From assembly GCF_009914755.1 (NCBI RefSeq), contig NC_060926.1: DNA of 64,000 nt. One strand, given 5' to 3'. The translations under genes were made by a program, and so were the position numbers. The notes beneath the pieces are model-generated. The model did not search any database, was not told where the DNA came from, and worked only from the letters and a program-made list of their open reading frames with translations. This DNA comes from the human T2T-CHM13v2.0 reference genome, Homo sapiens. Positions 1-11,894 of this stretch are shown here, one piece after another. How positions within the stretch are numbered: position 1 is the first letter of the stretch; each line of letters starts with the position of its first letter.

Positions 1-1746
1 AGCCCCGTCTTTCCCACATCTCCTCCTCACCGTTAATTATTTTACCTTTTATTTGCCTGGCACTTTATAGTTTACTAAATGTTTTTACATTTATCATCGC
101 ATTGACCATGCACCAAGAAGAGATGGAGAGACAGTAAAAATTCTTTCCAATTGCCAAATGTTCTTGTTAAAAATGCAAACATCCCCAGCACAACGACCAA
201 TTAGGCTGGCAGCCACTGAAACCTCAGAACAAATTCGCTCCAGCCTCTGCTTTCTGCTTGGCCGCTCAGCGCCCGGGGATGGAGGAGTGCTTTTCACAAG
301 CAGCCTGGGGGGTCGGAGGGGCCTGGTGGGGTGTCTTGGCCAATCTGAGGGTGCTGGGCCCCTGGGGGAGGAAAAGGGGTTGGGAACTGAGGCAGGTGTG
401 AGGACAGGCCATCCACTTTTCAATGTTGCACGTAAAAAAATGTGCTCTCAGTGAGTCCCCAAATTCTAGTCCAACCACCCTCCCTCATCCCACTTCTCTC
501 TGAAACCTTGTGCTCATTCTGGTGACCCCAAGGTCAGAGGAGAAATCTTTATTCAAGGAAAGGCCCAAAGATTTTCAGAGAGGAGTCATCAAATCCAAAA
601 CCTTGGGGAGGGAGACAGAAGACAGCGCCGTGTAGAGGAAAGAGGGCACAGGGAGGCCCCCAGGCCTACCTATCTCTAACCTAGCTCTGCCATGGGACCC
701 AGGGGCCCCAGGATGGCACAGCCCCACCCAGGACTGGCTTCAGCTGGGAGGAGAAGCCAGACGCTGGGTGCTGGCATCCTTGAAAGGGCCATCCTGGGTC
801 ATGGGGGTAAATCAGGAGGTTCTGCCTCTGGGAAGGGTCTCAGTCACCCCAACTGAACACAGATGGGTGATGGGCTGGACCATCCTGAAGGTCCTCCCAG
901 CTCCAACATTCTGCAGTCCTACGACCAACTCAAGAAAAGAAGCTTGTGGCCAAACCCCAGGCAGGGCATCTCAAGAGTTCCTGGGCTCTGGGCATGCTCA
1001 CTTTCGGAGCCTGCCCCACGTCTCCTTACACATATGCAGATAGACCACATAAATAAATAGAATGCATGTAGAACTCTCAAGAGACGACCTGAGTTGCAGT
1101 GGACCATTTGACATAATGTTAGGTTTGTAGCTAAATTAAACATGTATTAATTTCAATTCTGCTGCTTTCTTTTCAAATTTCAGAGCCTATCAGTTTGTTC
1201 CCAGCTCTCAAACATTTTTGTTGGCTGTTGATGAAAGCTTGTAGGCCCTAGATCCTGTGCCTCTGTTCCTAGTACTCTGACCCCAGAGAACTCAGGCAGC
1301 AAGCCTGAAGAAACCCAACAGTGGGTTTAATACACATGTGACAAATGCTGTTTTTGCAGCACAGTGGGGGGTATCTCAAGCTCCACTCAAGGCCACATCC
1401 TCCAAGGAGCCTTCCCAGATCACTCCAGCTCTCAAAATCCCTCCCTGCCAATCCCAGAGAACTCACTGTCCACGGAACTTACTTGGCTGTAGCAACACAC
1501 TTCCACGATAACCCCCTTGTGGCCATTTTGCTGCCTTCTTTGGCTCTGTCCTCACTTTTATTTAATACATTCATATATGTGCCTTATCTTCCCCCAGTTA
1601 ACGGTGAGCTCTCGGAGGTACCTCACACTTCCCCTCTGCCTCCTCTCGAACCCAGATCTCTTGAAAGCAGGCCAAGAGAAGCAAGGTCATGTGAGCAGAG
1701 GCTGTGCAGTTTGGATAGGGGCTGGGAGCCACTAGGTCCCACCTAC

Positions 1747-1863
1747 CCTCCATGCCGTCATCTCGATGCCCACTGAAGTTGTCGTAGGAGTCCCAGCGGA
1801 TGAGGGGGTCAGAGGTGTTATAGTCCACAGACACGCTCGGCCCGTTCTCCAGGTGCTCCATGC
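1747..1863 (-). CDS. TNS1: TNS1 coding exon (G)[38 protein letters not shown](E), just after the C2 domain
   Basis: Acceptor cttag|GC, donor GAG G|gtaggt; 117 nt, phase 1-1; peptide visible in ORF 1598..1963. Confidence 0.96.
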
Positions 1864-2441
1864 CTAAGTGGGATGGGAAAGGCAGCGGCAGTCGGGGAGA
1901 CAGTGCAGAGAGGGAAAAGAGATCAGCAGCTGGAAAAACAGAGAAAGCCCACAAGCTCCCCAAAAGAGGCTCCCTGAGGGACTTCTCATTTTCTTGAGCG
2001 TGGTGGGCGGGACCAGTGGCTTAAGCTGGACTGAGAACTGGGAGTCTAGTTTCTCACATTCTTGAAAAGGCTCATGCCGGGTCATAGGGGTAAATCAGGA
2101 CAGGCACTGAAGAATGAAGACCCCCTGGAAGAAAGCGGGGAGGACCCCTGGCTGGGTACCTGCCTCTTTTTCTTCTGTGTCCCTGGGGCTCCTGAGGCAG
2201 TGCCAAGAGACTAGAAAGTCTGCCCCTGGGGTCAGACCCTGGGGGTGGGGGGCAGGCTGCTTATGAGCTACGTGGGATCAGGGACAGCAGGGAAATCACA
2301 GCCCCGACATTGAAAGGACATAAAGCCTCCAAAGGGTCATCCCAGGCATGGCCCTGCCCCCTCTTAAAACGCTCTCCGCTCCAGACAGAAACCTAGGGGG
2401 CACGGCAGAATCTCCCAGCCATCCACAGAAAACCCAGCTCA

Positions 2442-2605
2442 GCATTGGGACAAATACCTAATGCATGCAGAGCTTAAAAGTAGACGATGGGTTGACAGGT
2501 GCAGCAAACCACCATGGCACATATATGCCTATGTAACAAATCTGCACATTCAGCACGTGTATCCCAGAACTTAAGGTAAAATAAAAATAAATAAGTAAAT
2601 TTTTA
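2442..2605 (+). mobile_element. 5'-truncated L1PA 3' end
   Basis: gatgggttgacaggtgcagcaaaccaccatggcac...gtatcccagaacttaa plus an A-rich tail; flanked by a diverged TSD aaaacccagctca / aaaacctggctca. Confidence 0.88.
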
Positions 2606-3194
2606 AAAACCTGGCTCAAAGACAGCATAGCTCCTAGTCAAGTCTGTCAGGGTGAGTTACCTTCCTGGCTTGGCAGTCCTTTCTTTAGTCTATCCAGAGT
2701 CCCTCTGCCCATAACCTAACTTCATCTCCTTTCATTCCATTCTCGAATAAGATGGTGAACAACTGGTCTCCACTTATAACCAGTATAGAGGCTTCAAGGT
2801 TATTATTAAACCAGCCTTCAGGTTGAATCACCTCAGTTCTCATAAATACACATCTTCTATCCAGCACCTTTGTGTGCCCCCTGCCCGCCAGCCACTCCCT
2901 CCATCTACCAAGGACCTCAGTCTCTGAATATAACAGGCTGATGACCTAATGGGACCAGAACAGTTTATCCAACCCAGTGCCTCTCTGTCTGCTTTTTTAT
3001 TTTTATTATCCAGAGATTAAGTCACTGGTTCATGTTTAGCTAGGGGTCCACTCTGAAACCCAGATCCTTTACTGATGGCCTGCCTCTCAAAAATAACTTG
3101 ATCACTGTGGAACAGACCAGGGGTGGAAGGGTGCTGGGGATAGGGTCAGGATAAAAGGAAGGAGTGAGAGAATGAATTCTAACTCGGCTTATAC

Positions 3195-3260
3195 CTTGAA
3201 TTTTCTCTGGCCCATAAGAAAATACAAACTCCACTTTGCCATACTCTGGAAATCGATCAT
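3195..3260 (-). CDS. TNS1: TNS1 coding exon (D)[21 protein letters not shown](G), end of the C2 domain
   Basis: Acceptor ttttccag|AT, donor CAA G|gtataa; 66 nt; peptide in ORF 3040..3294. Confidence 0.96.
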
Positions 3261-3583
3261 CTGGAAAAAGAGAAGGAAAAATAAAAATAGGCAAAAAGTC
3301 CCAAAAAGGATTCCATAAAAAGTTTTCTTCTAGAAAAAATTAAAATACCATATATGTACATGGTTAATAATATAATAATAATCAATGTATATTTATACAT
3401 ATATACATGAAATTATATCTATACAATGAAATTAAATTTCCTGCCCACTCTAGCCCCTGTCCTACTTGCCTGAGGTAATGAGGTCACTGATTCTAACTAT
3501 TTCTATTGCTTTTCTACTAGCAATTTACCTCTAAGACTCTAAATAATAGCCACTATTTTTATGCCACTATTTCTAGATCCCAA

Positions 3584-3945
3584 TTTTATTTTATTTTATT
3601 TTATTTATTTTGAGATGGAGTCTCGCTCTGTCGCCCAGCCTGGAGTGCATATTTATATTTTTGAGACAGAATCTTGCTCTGTCACCCTAGATGGAGTACA
3701 GTGGTGCGATCACAGCTCACTGCAACCTCAATCTCCCAAGCCAAAGTGGTCCTCCTACCTCTGCCTCCAGAGTAACTGGGACTACAGGTGCAAGCCACCA
3801 CGCCCGGCTCATTTTTGTATTTTTTATAGCGACGGAGTTTTGCTGTGTTGCTGAGGCTGGTCTCAAACTCCTGGGCTCAAGCAATCCACCGGCCTCAGCA
3901 TCCCAAAGTGCTGGGTCTACAGGCGTGAGCCACCATACCCAGCCA
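3584..3945 (-). mobile_element. AluJ with an extra short Alu 3' fragment joined to its tail
   Basis: Antisense Alu with J-type diagnostics (cacagctcactgc, ctcctgggctcaagcaatcc) at about 3650-3945; a second tail plus gagatggagtctcgctctgtcgcccag at 3584-3649. Confidence 0.88.
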
Positions 3946-4115
3946 GACATGAATTTTAAATAACCTCTATGGATTGACCACTATTAATATGAATAATTTG
4001 GTTCACTTATACTACTACCCCTACTTCCTGTCTTCTTAAATCTGATTAGATTATTGTTTTTATTTATGCTATTGATTATCTTTGAAACTTTAAATAAGAT
4101 AGTTAAGCCTCTATT

Positions 4116-4413
4116 TCTTTTTCTCTTTTTAGAGACCAGGTCTCACTCTGTTGCCCAGGCCAAAGTGCAGCGGTGCAATCATAGCTCACTGCAGCCTTGA
4201 ACTCCTGGGCTCAAGTGATCCTCCTGCCTCAGCCCCTGGAATAGCTGTGCTAACAGGCACATGCCACCATGCCCGGCTAATTTTTTTATTTTTTGTAGAG
4301 ATGGGGTCTCACTATATTTACCAGGCTAGTCTTAAACTCCTGGCCTCAAGCAATCCTCCCGCCTTGGCCTCCCAAAGTGCTGGGATTACAGGCATGAGCC
4401 ACCGTGCCTGGCC
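4116..4413 (-). mobile_element. AluJ
   Basis: Full dimeric antisense Alu; J-type atcatagctcactgcagccttgaactcctgggctc. Confidence 0.92.
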
Positions 4414-4974
4414 ATGCCTCTATTTATTGATATGTCAATTTTCGATGGTATCTCCTGACTCCCACTACGTAAGAGGAGGAAATCTGTGACCCTTCCTTCT
4501 CTCAACTTCTGCCCAATCCCTTATTTATTTGATCAGCTATGCCTTTATTTTTCCTTGTTAAGACTGTTATCATTTACATTCTGTACTGTAATTATGATGG
4601 CATCTTCTGGCTCCAGTGCAAGGAGAGCTCATTAAAGAAACACCCTTCTACATGAGCCAGACCACACTAAGGAGATCTGGACCCTCCTCCAAGCCCCAGG
4701 TCCAGTCTTTCTCCGCCTGAGCCCACTCTGGACACAGATCACTGCCCACTGCATGTAGGAAAAGAAGTTACAGCAAGGATGGCATCTGCTCCATGGGACA
4801 CCTATCATGCTTGTGCGTGTCTCCATCACTTCAGGCAACACTTCATAGTATCATGTTTGTGTGTCTCTCACTGAGGAAACTGTGAACTCCCTGAGGGTAG
4901 GGCCTGACTTCTTTCTGTTCATATCTATAGGGTCTAGCACATGCCCGACACATACAGACACACAAGTGATGCTT

Positions 4975-5232
4975 GGTGGGTGGGTGGGTGGGTGGGTGGA
5001 TGGATGGATGGATGGATGGATGGATAGATGGATGGGTGGGCAGATGAATGAATATGTGGATGGATGGACAGATTAATGAAGGGATGGATTAATGGATGGA
5101 TGAATGGGTGGGTGCATAGATGGATGGGTGGGTGGATGGATGGACAGATGGATGGACAGACGGATGGATGAATGGATGGATGGATGGATGGATGTGTGTA
5201 AGGATGGATTGGTGGATGGAGAGAGAGATGGG
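4975..5232. repeat. (TGGA)n/(TGGG)n microsatellite
   Basis: About 250 bp of degenerate tgga units. Confidence 0.95.
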
Positions 5233-5883
5233 TAAATAAATGTGTATTTATATGTCCCAGGCATTAATGTGATATAGATAAAACTTCCAATGGATAAAAG
5301 AAAGAAGCAAAAGCAAACACCAAACCTTTCCCAACCACCTCTTCTCCTCTCAGAAAATGGTTCCCCCTTGCTGCTGCCACACCCCTCCACTACTGCTCTT
5401 CTGCCCTGCAGGGTAATTATCCCCTGCTAGTCTGCCTCCCAACTCAACAAGATTTTTGAGCTCCACCAAGGCAGAGACCATGCCATGTTTTACTTTGTAT
5501 CCCCGGCACTTGGTACAGATCCTAGCCCAAAGCAGATGCCCAGTGAATGTTGAAAAAAAAAATGATTGTCAGTAGGACACATGTGACAAACTGGGAGGAC
5601 AAGATGAAGGAGAGACAGGGAAAGTCATAGAAGGCTGCAAGATATAAAACAGCCCAAGGACTGGGAGGAGTTTATCTCCACTTCTACTAACAACTGGAAT
5701 TCCCAGACCATCCAATCTCAACTCTCTCCCAAGTCTCTCTCAACTCTCTCCTACCATCACCCTGAGACTAGACAGACCACATGGTCCAGAAAAGATGGTC
5801 CCCATACCCACCATATCGTCTCAAACTGAGCTCCTCTCCCTGCCACAGGGGTGCCCACCCCCAGCTCCACTCAAGGAGCGCAC

Positions 5884-6013
5884 CTTTGAAAGCATCATCA
5901 AGGTCCTCCTTCCCAAAGACAACCCCCAGGTCATGGATGGCACAGGTGTGGAACTGCACACGGAAGATGACGTCTCGGGCTGGGCTTCGGAACTTCTTGT
6001 GGTAGCACTTCAG
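5884..6013 (-). CDS. TNS1: TNS1 coding exon [43 protein letters not shown](D), C2 domain
   Basis: Acceptor cccag|CTG, donor AAA G|gtgcgc; 130 nt; PTEN-C2-like FxxxFHT motif. Confidence 0.96.
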
Positions 6014-6592
6014 CTGGGTGGGAAGACGGGCAGAACCAGTCAGGGGCCTGAGGCTGGGAGGTCAGGTCCCAGGGAGCCTCCTTATCAGCTCCGCTGACTG
6101 AGCCCCCAAGGCTCACCCCAAACCCGGTGAGGGAGAGCTCATCAACACCAAACAGGATCTCAGAGTTCTGTGGGGAAACTTCTAGAACAGCAGAGAATTG
6201 GAGGCCAGTCTTGGCCTCTGGGGACAAAAATGTCCTCCCAAGAAGTTTCTACATACAAGTCAGAGTGCAAAAAGTAAGATGGATTTAAATGGCAGCAGGA
6301 AGAACTGAAGCTAGAATTCAGAGAGTCCTTGTCACCAATAAGAAGCCAGGAGGTAACAGCTCACGCTGAGTGATATTTCCCTGGAGATGCTCCAGAACAA
6401 CAGCTAAGCCCAGGGTGAGAGACACAGACTGTGTGAGACTGGAAGGTCTTCCAAGAGCCCTGAGAGCCTATGGTTCCAAGCCTGGCAGCCCAGGAGGAGT
6501 ACCTGTCTTGTCCCAAGAGGCAGGAAAGGAGTAAGAAAAGAAGGGAGAGAAAATAAACAAGGATGGGGCTTGACACAGAGGACAGCACTCAC

Positions 6593-6668
6593 CAAGATGT
6601 CTCCCTTCAAGAGCAGTCCTGGCTCGATGGTGATGCAGACGCTAGTCTGGCTGTCTCCTGGGATGTTG
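6593..6668 (-). CDS. TNS1: TNS1 coding exon (Y)[26 protein letters not shown]2 domain
   Basis: Acceptor cttag|C, donor TTG|gtgagt; 76 nt. Confidence 0.96.
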
Positions 6669-6892
6669 CTAAGGGAGAGAGGTGGGCAGAAAAAGAGTGG
6701 GCTGCTGGAGGGGAGATGAGGGAGGGGCATTTTCTCCCTGCTGCCCCTACGCCACAGGGTTAGTGGGAAACCTCTCTGACTCTGTCCTTTCAGCCCTCTT
6801 GAGAATATTCTCTCCTCTCCCCAACCTTCTGACCTGGTCCTTAGCCCTGGGCCTTGGGCTTCTCTGGCCTCTCACGCCCATGTAATACTTAC

Positions 6893-6953
6893 TAGATGCC
6901 AGATGTGTACACAGGTTGCATGGCCTGGTAGATGCGGAGAAATGGCCGACATC
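6893..6953 (-). CDS. TNS1: TNS1 coding exon (G)[19 protein letters not shown](Y), C2 domain
   Basis: Branch-point-like CTAAC about 20 nt upstream, acceptor tttacag|GA, donor TA|gtaagt; 61 nt. Confidence 0.96.
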
Positions 6954-7382
6954 CTGTAAAAGTGGGGTGGGTGTTAGCTAAGACAGCAGAAACTGGCAGG
7001 CAGGAGGGGCAGAGGAGACAGTGAAGGGAGAAAGAGAGAAAGGAAGGAAGAAATGGGGGAAGACGGGGTAGGAAGGGGAAGGAGGAAAAGAGGAAAGAGT
7101 AAAAGAGGAAGCAGAAAGGGGAAGAAATACCAACTTTTCACTTGTAAGGCAAATTAAATTAATAAAAACATTGCCCATCCAACATCATTGGCCAGCAGGC
7201 ACTGCAAATAGATTGGTGCTTAGAAAAGTTTAGGAAGCAATACACTTGAGAGTCCAATGGAGGCCTTATGACTCTGCAGCTCTCGGGCTGTCTGTTACTA
7301 CCCAAGGTTGCCTCTTAGAGAAGATGGAAGATGAAAGGGAGGAGTTGGCAAGGGTGGAGGTCAGAGGGCTCAAGGCAGGTAC

Positions 7383-7495
7383 CTCCTTTAGACTCAAAGT
7401 TGGGGATGCCGTGCATGATCACGTGGTGCAGAAACAAGGGCTTGTTGTTCATTTTGATGGAGCCGGAGAGCAGGCCACTGAAGTAATGCACGTAC
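7383..7495 (-). CDS. TNS1: TNS1 coding exon (R)[37 protein letters not shown](G), PTP/C2 junction
   Basis: Acceptor ctacag|G, donor GGA G|gtacct; 113 nt; phases match both neighbours. Confidence 0.96.
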
Positions 7496-7749
7496 CTGTA
7501 GTGGTGGGAGAAGCAGCTTCAGGGAGTGAGGTGGGTACTGGTGCAGTAATCCCTGTTCTCTCTTTTCCAAGAACATTGCCCTAGACCACTCACCTACTCT
7601 ACCCTCTCCCCAACCAACATGGTCCCCCTCCCCAACCAGGCCTCCCTCCCAGACATGCTTGCCTGCTGCTGGGAGCCCTAGGTAGGAAGAGTGAGCAGGT
7701 ATACCAGACCTAGAGCTGGGTCAAGTCAAGCATCCCACTTGGAGTTCGC

Positions 7750-7768
7750 CACCGCCCTCTGGTGGTCA
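7750..7768 (-). promoter_or_regulatory. CTCF motif, candidate
   Basis: Minus strand TGACCACCAGAGGGCGGTG. Confidence 0.5.
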
Positions 7769-8120
7769 ACATGAATATCTCTTTCCTGCTTCACTCCCAG
7801 CCCGAGAATCTCCTGCTGGACCAAAATTTCCACCCCACATCCCTGACAGGCATCATTTAGCTGCACAAGGCAGGCCCAACCACCAAACAGCTCTGACGCC
7901 CTCACACCCCCACACAAAGCTCAAATCAAGCTTGCGCTCATACTCACAGCCCCAGTTCTGCCCACAGATCCAGTAGCCACAAGTGATAGTCTAGCAAATA
8001 GTGAGCAAGACTTTAATGAATGTAGTTCTTCACTTTCTCTACATCATACCAAAGTGCATTAAGTCCCTCTCTCTGTATCCTTGAGTTTACTTGGTATTCG
8101 AGGTAACTAGCTTCTAATAA

Positions 8121-8456
<336 letters not shown>

Positions 8457-9347
8457 AACATCCCCTAGTTCTTTAACAAAGATCTGTTGGAAGAATGGAA
8501 GAACTAACCCACACCCTCTCCTTCTAGACAGAGAGGATAAATAAGGTCCAGGAGGGGTCACTGGACTCCAGAGACACACAGCAAGAACACACAAAGCTGG
8601 AAGTGGATGGGGAGAGCAGGAAAGAAGTCTGGGCTCCAACGCATCTGCCCAATAAACTAGAGATCGGTCATCTGCCCAATAGAGATCAGTCCTTCTGCGT
8701 CGATTGGTCGGCATTTTCCCTTTTCTGATTGGCCATGGAATGACAAGCTGAGTCAGCTAGACCAATCAGAATGTATTCTGAGGCTCTGCAGGAGCCAATA
8801 GTAGCTCTCTGAAGAGGGTGGAACTAGAGCCCACATGACCATGATAAGATCCCCTCCTGTCTCTTGGCTCCTTGGCCCACCTCCAAGCCTGTGGGCCTCT
8901 GTCCCTGGGTTTGGGTGGGGCCTCCTCGGACTACTCAAGTAAGATAATCTGATGGGCAGCACCCGATCCTATTCAGGCCCCTGCCCCATTACTCAAGCCG
9001 GAAACCTGGAATAGCGGTTCCTATCAGATCTCTGGATCGTGCCAACAGGATGTGTCTGTGTTCGAGGGACAATGAGTCCGGAGGCGGGTGACAATGAATG
9101 AGAGAGCTACAGGCAAAGCCCCTCCCTCTCTCTTTCCCTGCCCTCCTCTCCTCCATCTGCTCCATTCCCTGCAAGTGACACTGACAAGAAGGCAGGAGGG
9201 TGGCAATAAATGCATAGTAAACCCACAGTTGCACTTCCACATCTGGGCTCAGAGAGGTGACCCATCCACAAGCAGAGGCAGTGTCAGACAGGAGCCAGGC
9301 AGACACGCCCCAACTGCCTGCTATGCAAGCATATGTTGAACACGAGA

Positions 9348-9709
9348 TGATATGGTTTGGCTGCATCCTCACCCAAATCTCATCTTGAGTTGTAGCTCCC
9401 ATAATTCCCTCGTGTTGTGGGAGGGACCCAGTGAGAGATAATTGAATCATGGGAGTGGTTTCCCCCATTCTATTCTCGTGGTAGTGAATAATTCTCACAA
9501 GATCCGATGGTTTTGTAAGGGGAAACCCCTTTCCCTTGACCCTCTCTCTTCTCTTGTCTGTCACCATGTGAGATTTGCCTTTCACCTTCCGCCATGATTG
9601 TGAGACCTCCCCAGCCACGTGGAACTGTGAGTCCATTAAACCTCTTTCTTTTGTAAATTGCCCAGTCTTGGGTATGTCTTTATCAGCAGCATGAAAATGG
9701 ACTAATACA
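9348..9709 (+). mobile_element. THE1-family (ERVL-MaLR) solo LTR
   Basis: Begins tgatatggtttggctg..cccaaatctcatcttg, contains gagtccattaaacctctttc, ends ggactaataca. Confidence 0.92.
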
Positions 9710-11019
9710 CCAGGGAATCCCTAAATAATCCTATTCCTGAGAGGTGACACTGATCCCTGGTCTTCAGGCCTTCACTACTCAGACTCAGAGATGTTACTCT
9801 CTACCCATTCTCTCCAAGCCACACTGTGCCATTGGAACAGCATGCTTCTCTCTTAGTATCCTTATCCTTCAAGGTCAAAGGCCACACCGTGATTACAGTC
9901 AGCAGACACACATGGCAAGCCAGAGGCTGACAAGGCAGTGCTTGACCAATCATTCTTTCTTCCCTGAGAAGACTCTCGTTGATCCACAGCTGCTGTCTCC
10001 AGGGCCCTAACCAGAATTTTCTGCACATAAAGACATCCCATTTCTGGTTGCTGACTCTGAGGCTGGCTATCAACTGTTTTGTGCAACTATAAGGTGCTGG
10101 GTTACCTGAGGACTCACTCACTTCTTGGGCTTCCAATTACAATGGCGGGAATAGCCCCCAGCTGGGACAGCACAGTTCTAGCCAGCCAAGCAAGGTGGGA
10201 TGATGGGGCACGTGTTGGGACCCTCAGCATGATGAGGCTGGAGAGCTCCAGGACTCACAGCTCCAGGCCCTTGTTGGCCCAGTCAGTGTGCTCAGGGGCT
10301 AAAAAGGCAAATAGGATGCTTTGGCCTCCAGGCCCTTGTAGTCAGTGCTATTCCCTCATTCTGGATCCTTTATCCCGTGCGTTCACTTGGAGGCTTCCTT
10401 CTCCCCACCCAGATCTCATGTTACACGTCACCTTCTCAGAAGGCCCTTCCATTTGAATCAGCCCTCTTTCCAGCCCCATCACTCTCTAGCCATCATAGTT
10501 TGCCTTTTCTTTGCAGCTCTCATGACTATCTGAATTGTTTCCTTATATGTGTAACATCCACTAGAAGCTGAGCTCCATAAGCCCTTGCCTGGCGGATTCA
10601 GCACCATGTCACCAGTGTGCAGAATGGTGCTGACATCACGGCAGGTGGCAGGCCCACAACTCCCAGCAGCAAACAGAGCTGGGCCTGCGTCCCACCATCC
10701 AGGTCTCCAGTTTGGGCTTGGGTTTCCCACCATCCTGGCTGCAGCCTCCCCCAAAGACCTCCTGCCCCTGATGCTGCCTGTGCCTTCCTGTGCATGAGAT
10801 GTCTTTGAGCAACATGTCACCCACGGAGCAGGATCCCTCAGGACAGTGGGTCACACAACCAGGAGGCACTGCCCTAGCCCAGGCATTACTAGGCCTTCAC
10901 GTACTTTCCAGTTCTGCCACTACTCACTATAGACCATGGCCACGCCCCCTCCCTCGGCTCAGCTTCTAATCTGCAAAATGGGATGCCTAGATCATCACAC
11001 GATAGCTCACCGTGATTCC

Positions 11020-11298
11020 AGTTTAGGCTCAAATTCACCCCCTCTAAGAGGTATTCCCTGACCATCCCTATTAAAAGAGCCCCGTTCCCCTATCAGTTCT
11101 CGTGTCTGCAGTGCCCTCTTTCCTTCCTAGCCTCATTGCTGTCTGACACTGTCTTGTTTGTATGGTTATTTGTTTCATGTCCATCTCTCTCATTAGGTAT
11201 CAGCTCACCAAGGGAAAGGACTTTTTCCTGTTCACCCAGATATCTCAGTGCTTGGAGCCATAGTAGATGATTTAAATTTTGCTGAATGAATAAATCCA
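11020..11298 (+). mobile_element. L2 3'-end fragment
   Basis: gctcaaattcacc..ccctgacc; ends tttgctgaatgaataaat, the typical L2 tail. Confidence 0.65.
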
Positions 11299-11810
11299 TC
11301 CCTGCCCTGTTTCCTGCCTGGGCTATTGTGAGACTCCAATGAGACCATGTGGTTGAAAGCTCTCAGTAAAACTGTCTAAACTCTCCCAACAGAAGGTGAC
11401 CCTTATCATGAGTGTCTGACCTCCCACAGCAGGGGGCAGTGATGCAGTCTCCCGTAGACTCATCCAAGCACTGAAGCAATCCTGCTTCCAGGGCCAAGAA
11501 CAGCACATGCCTTCCTAGACCAGCGCCTTCTTATCCCCAGACTCATGCTTCCCCATGAAGGTTGCACTGCTCTCTAGCACAGGCCTCAGAGTCAAGTGCT
11601 GTGCCAATCTGCGGGCACACACCACAGGCTGGCTCCCGGGCTCTCCTGTGTGCCTGAGCTCACACCACTGCAGGCTGGCATCTGAAAACTTGCGCCTGGT
11701 ACACCCCCACCTAGGCACAGCTATCCCATCCCTGTGAGTACACAAGTCTAGTCCCCACATAGAGTGAGTGCACACATACATGCAAGGGGCTGTGAGCCCC
11801 AGAGACCCAC

Positions 11811-11894
11811 CTTCTTTGGGATGGCTGGCCAATGGGCACAATCTTATCCTCATAGAACCGCTTCATTGCAAACCGGTCCAGAGCCTGGTCCGCA
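11811..11894 (-). CDS. TNS1: TNS1 coding exon (S)[27 protein letters not shown](R), PTP domain
   Basis: Acceptor ctgcag|T, donor AG|gtgggt; 84 nt; PTEN-like PSQRRY motif. Confidence 0.96.

Noticed and set aside
3561-4489. ORFs resembling 'hypothetical proteins' (also 12841-13272, 15120-15578, 38381-38650)
   Set aside because: Translations of Alu elements
8989-9636. 215-aa minus-strand ORF
   Set aside because: Its first half is antisense THE1 LTR sequence; no recognisable domain and no splice support
10597-10615. REST/RE1-like TTCAGCACCATG
   Set aside because: The right half GGACAG is absent and the site is within L2-like sequence
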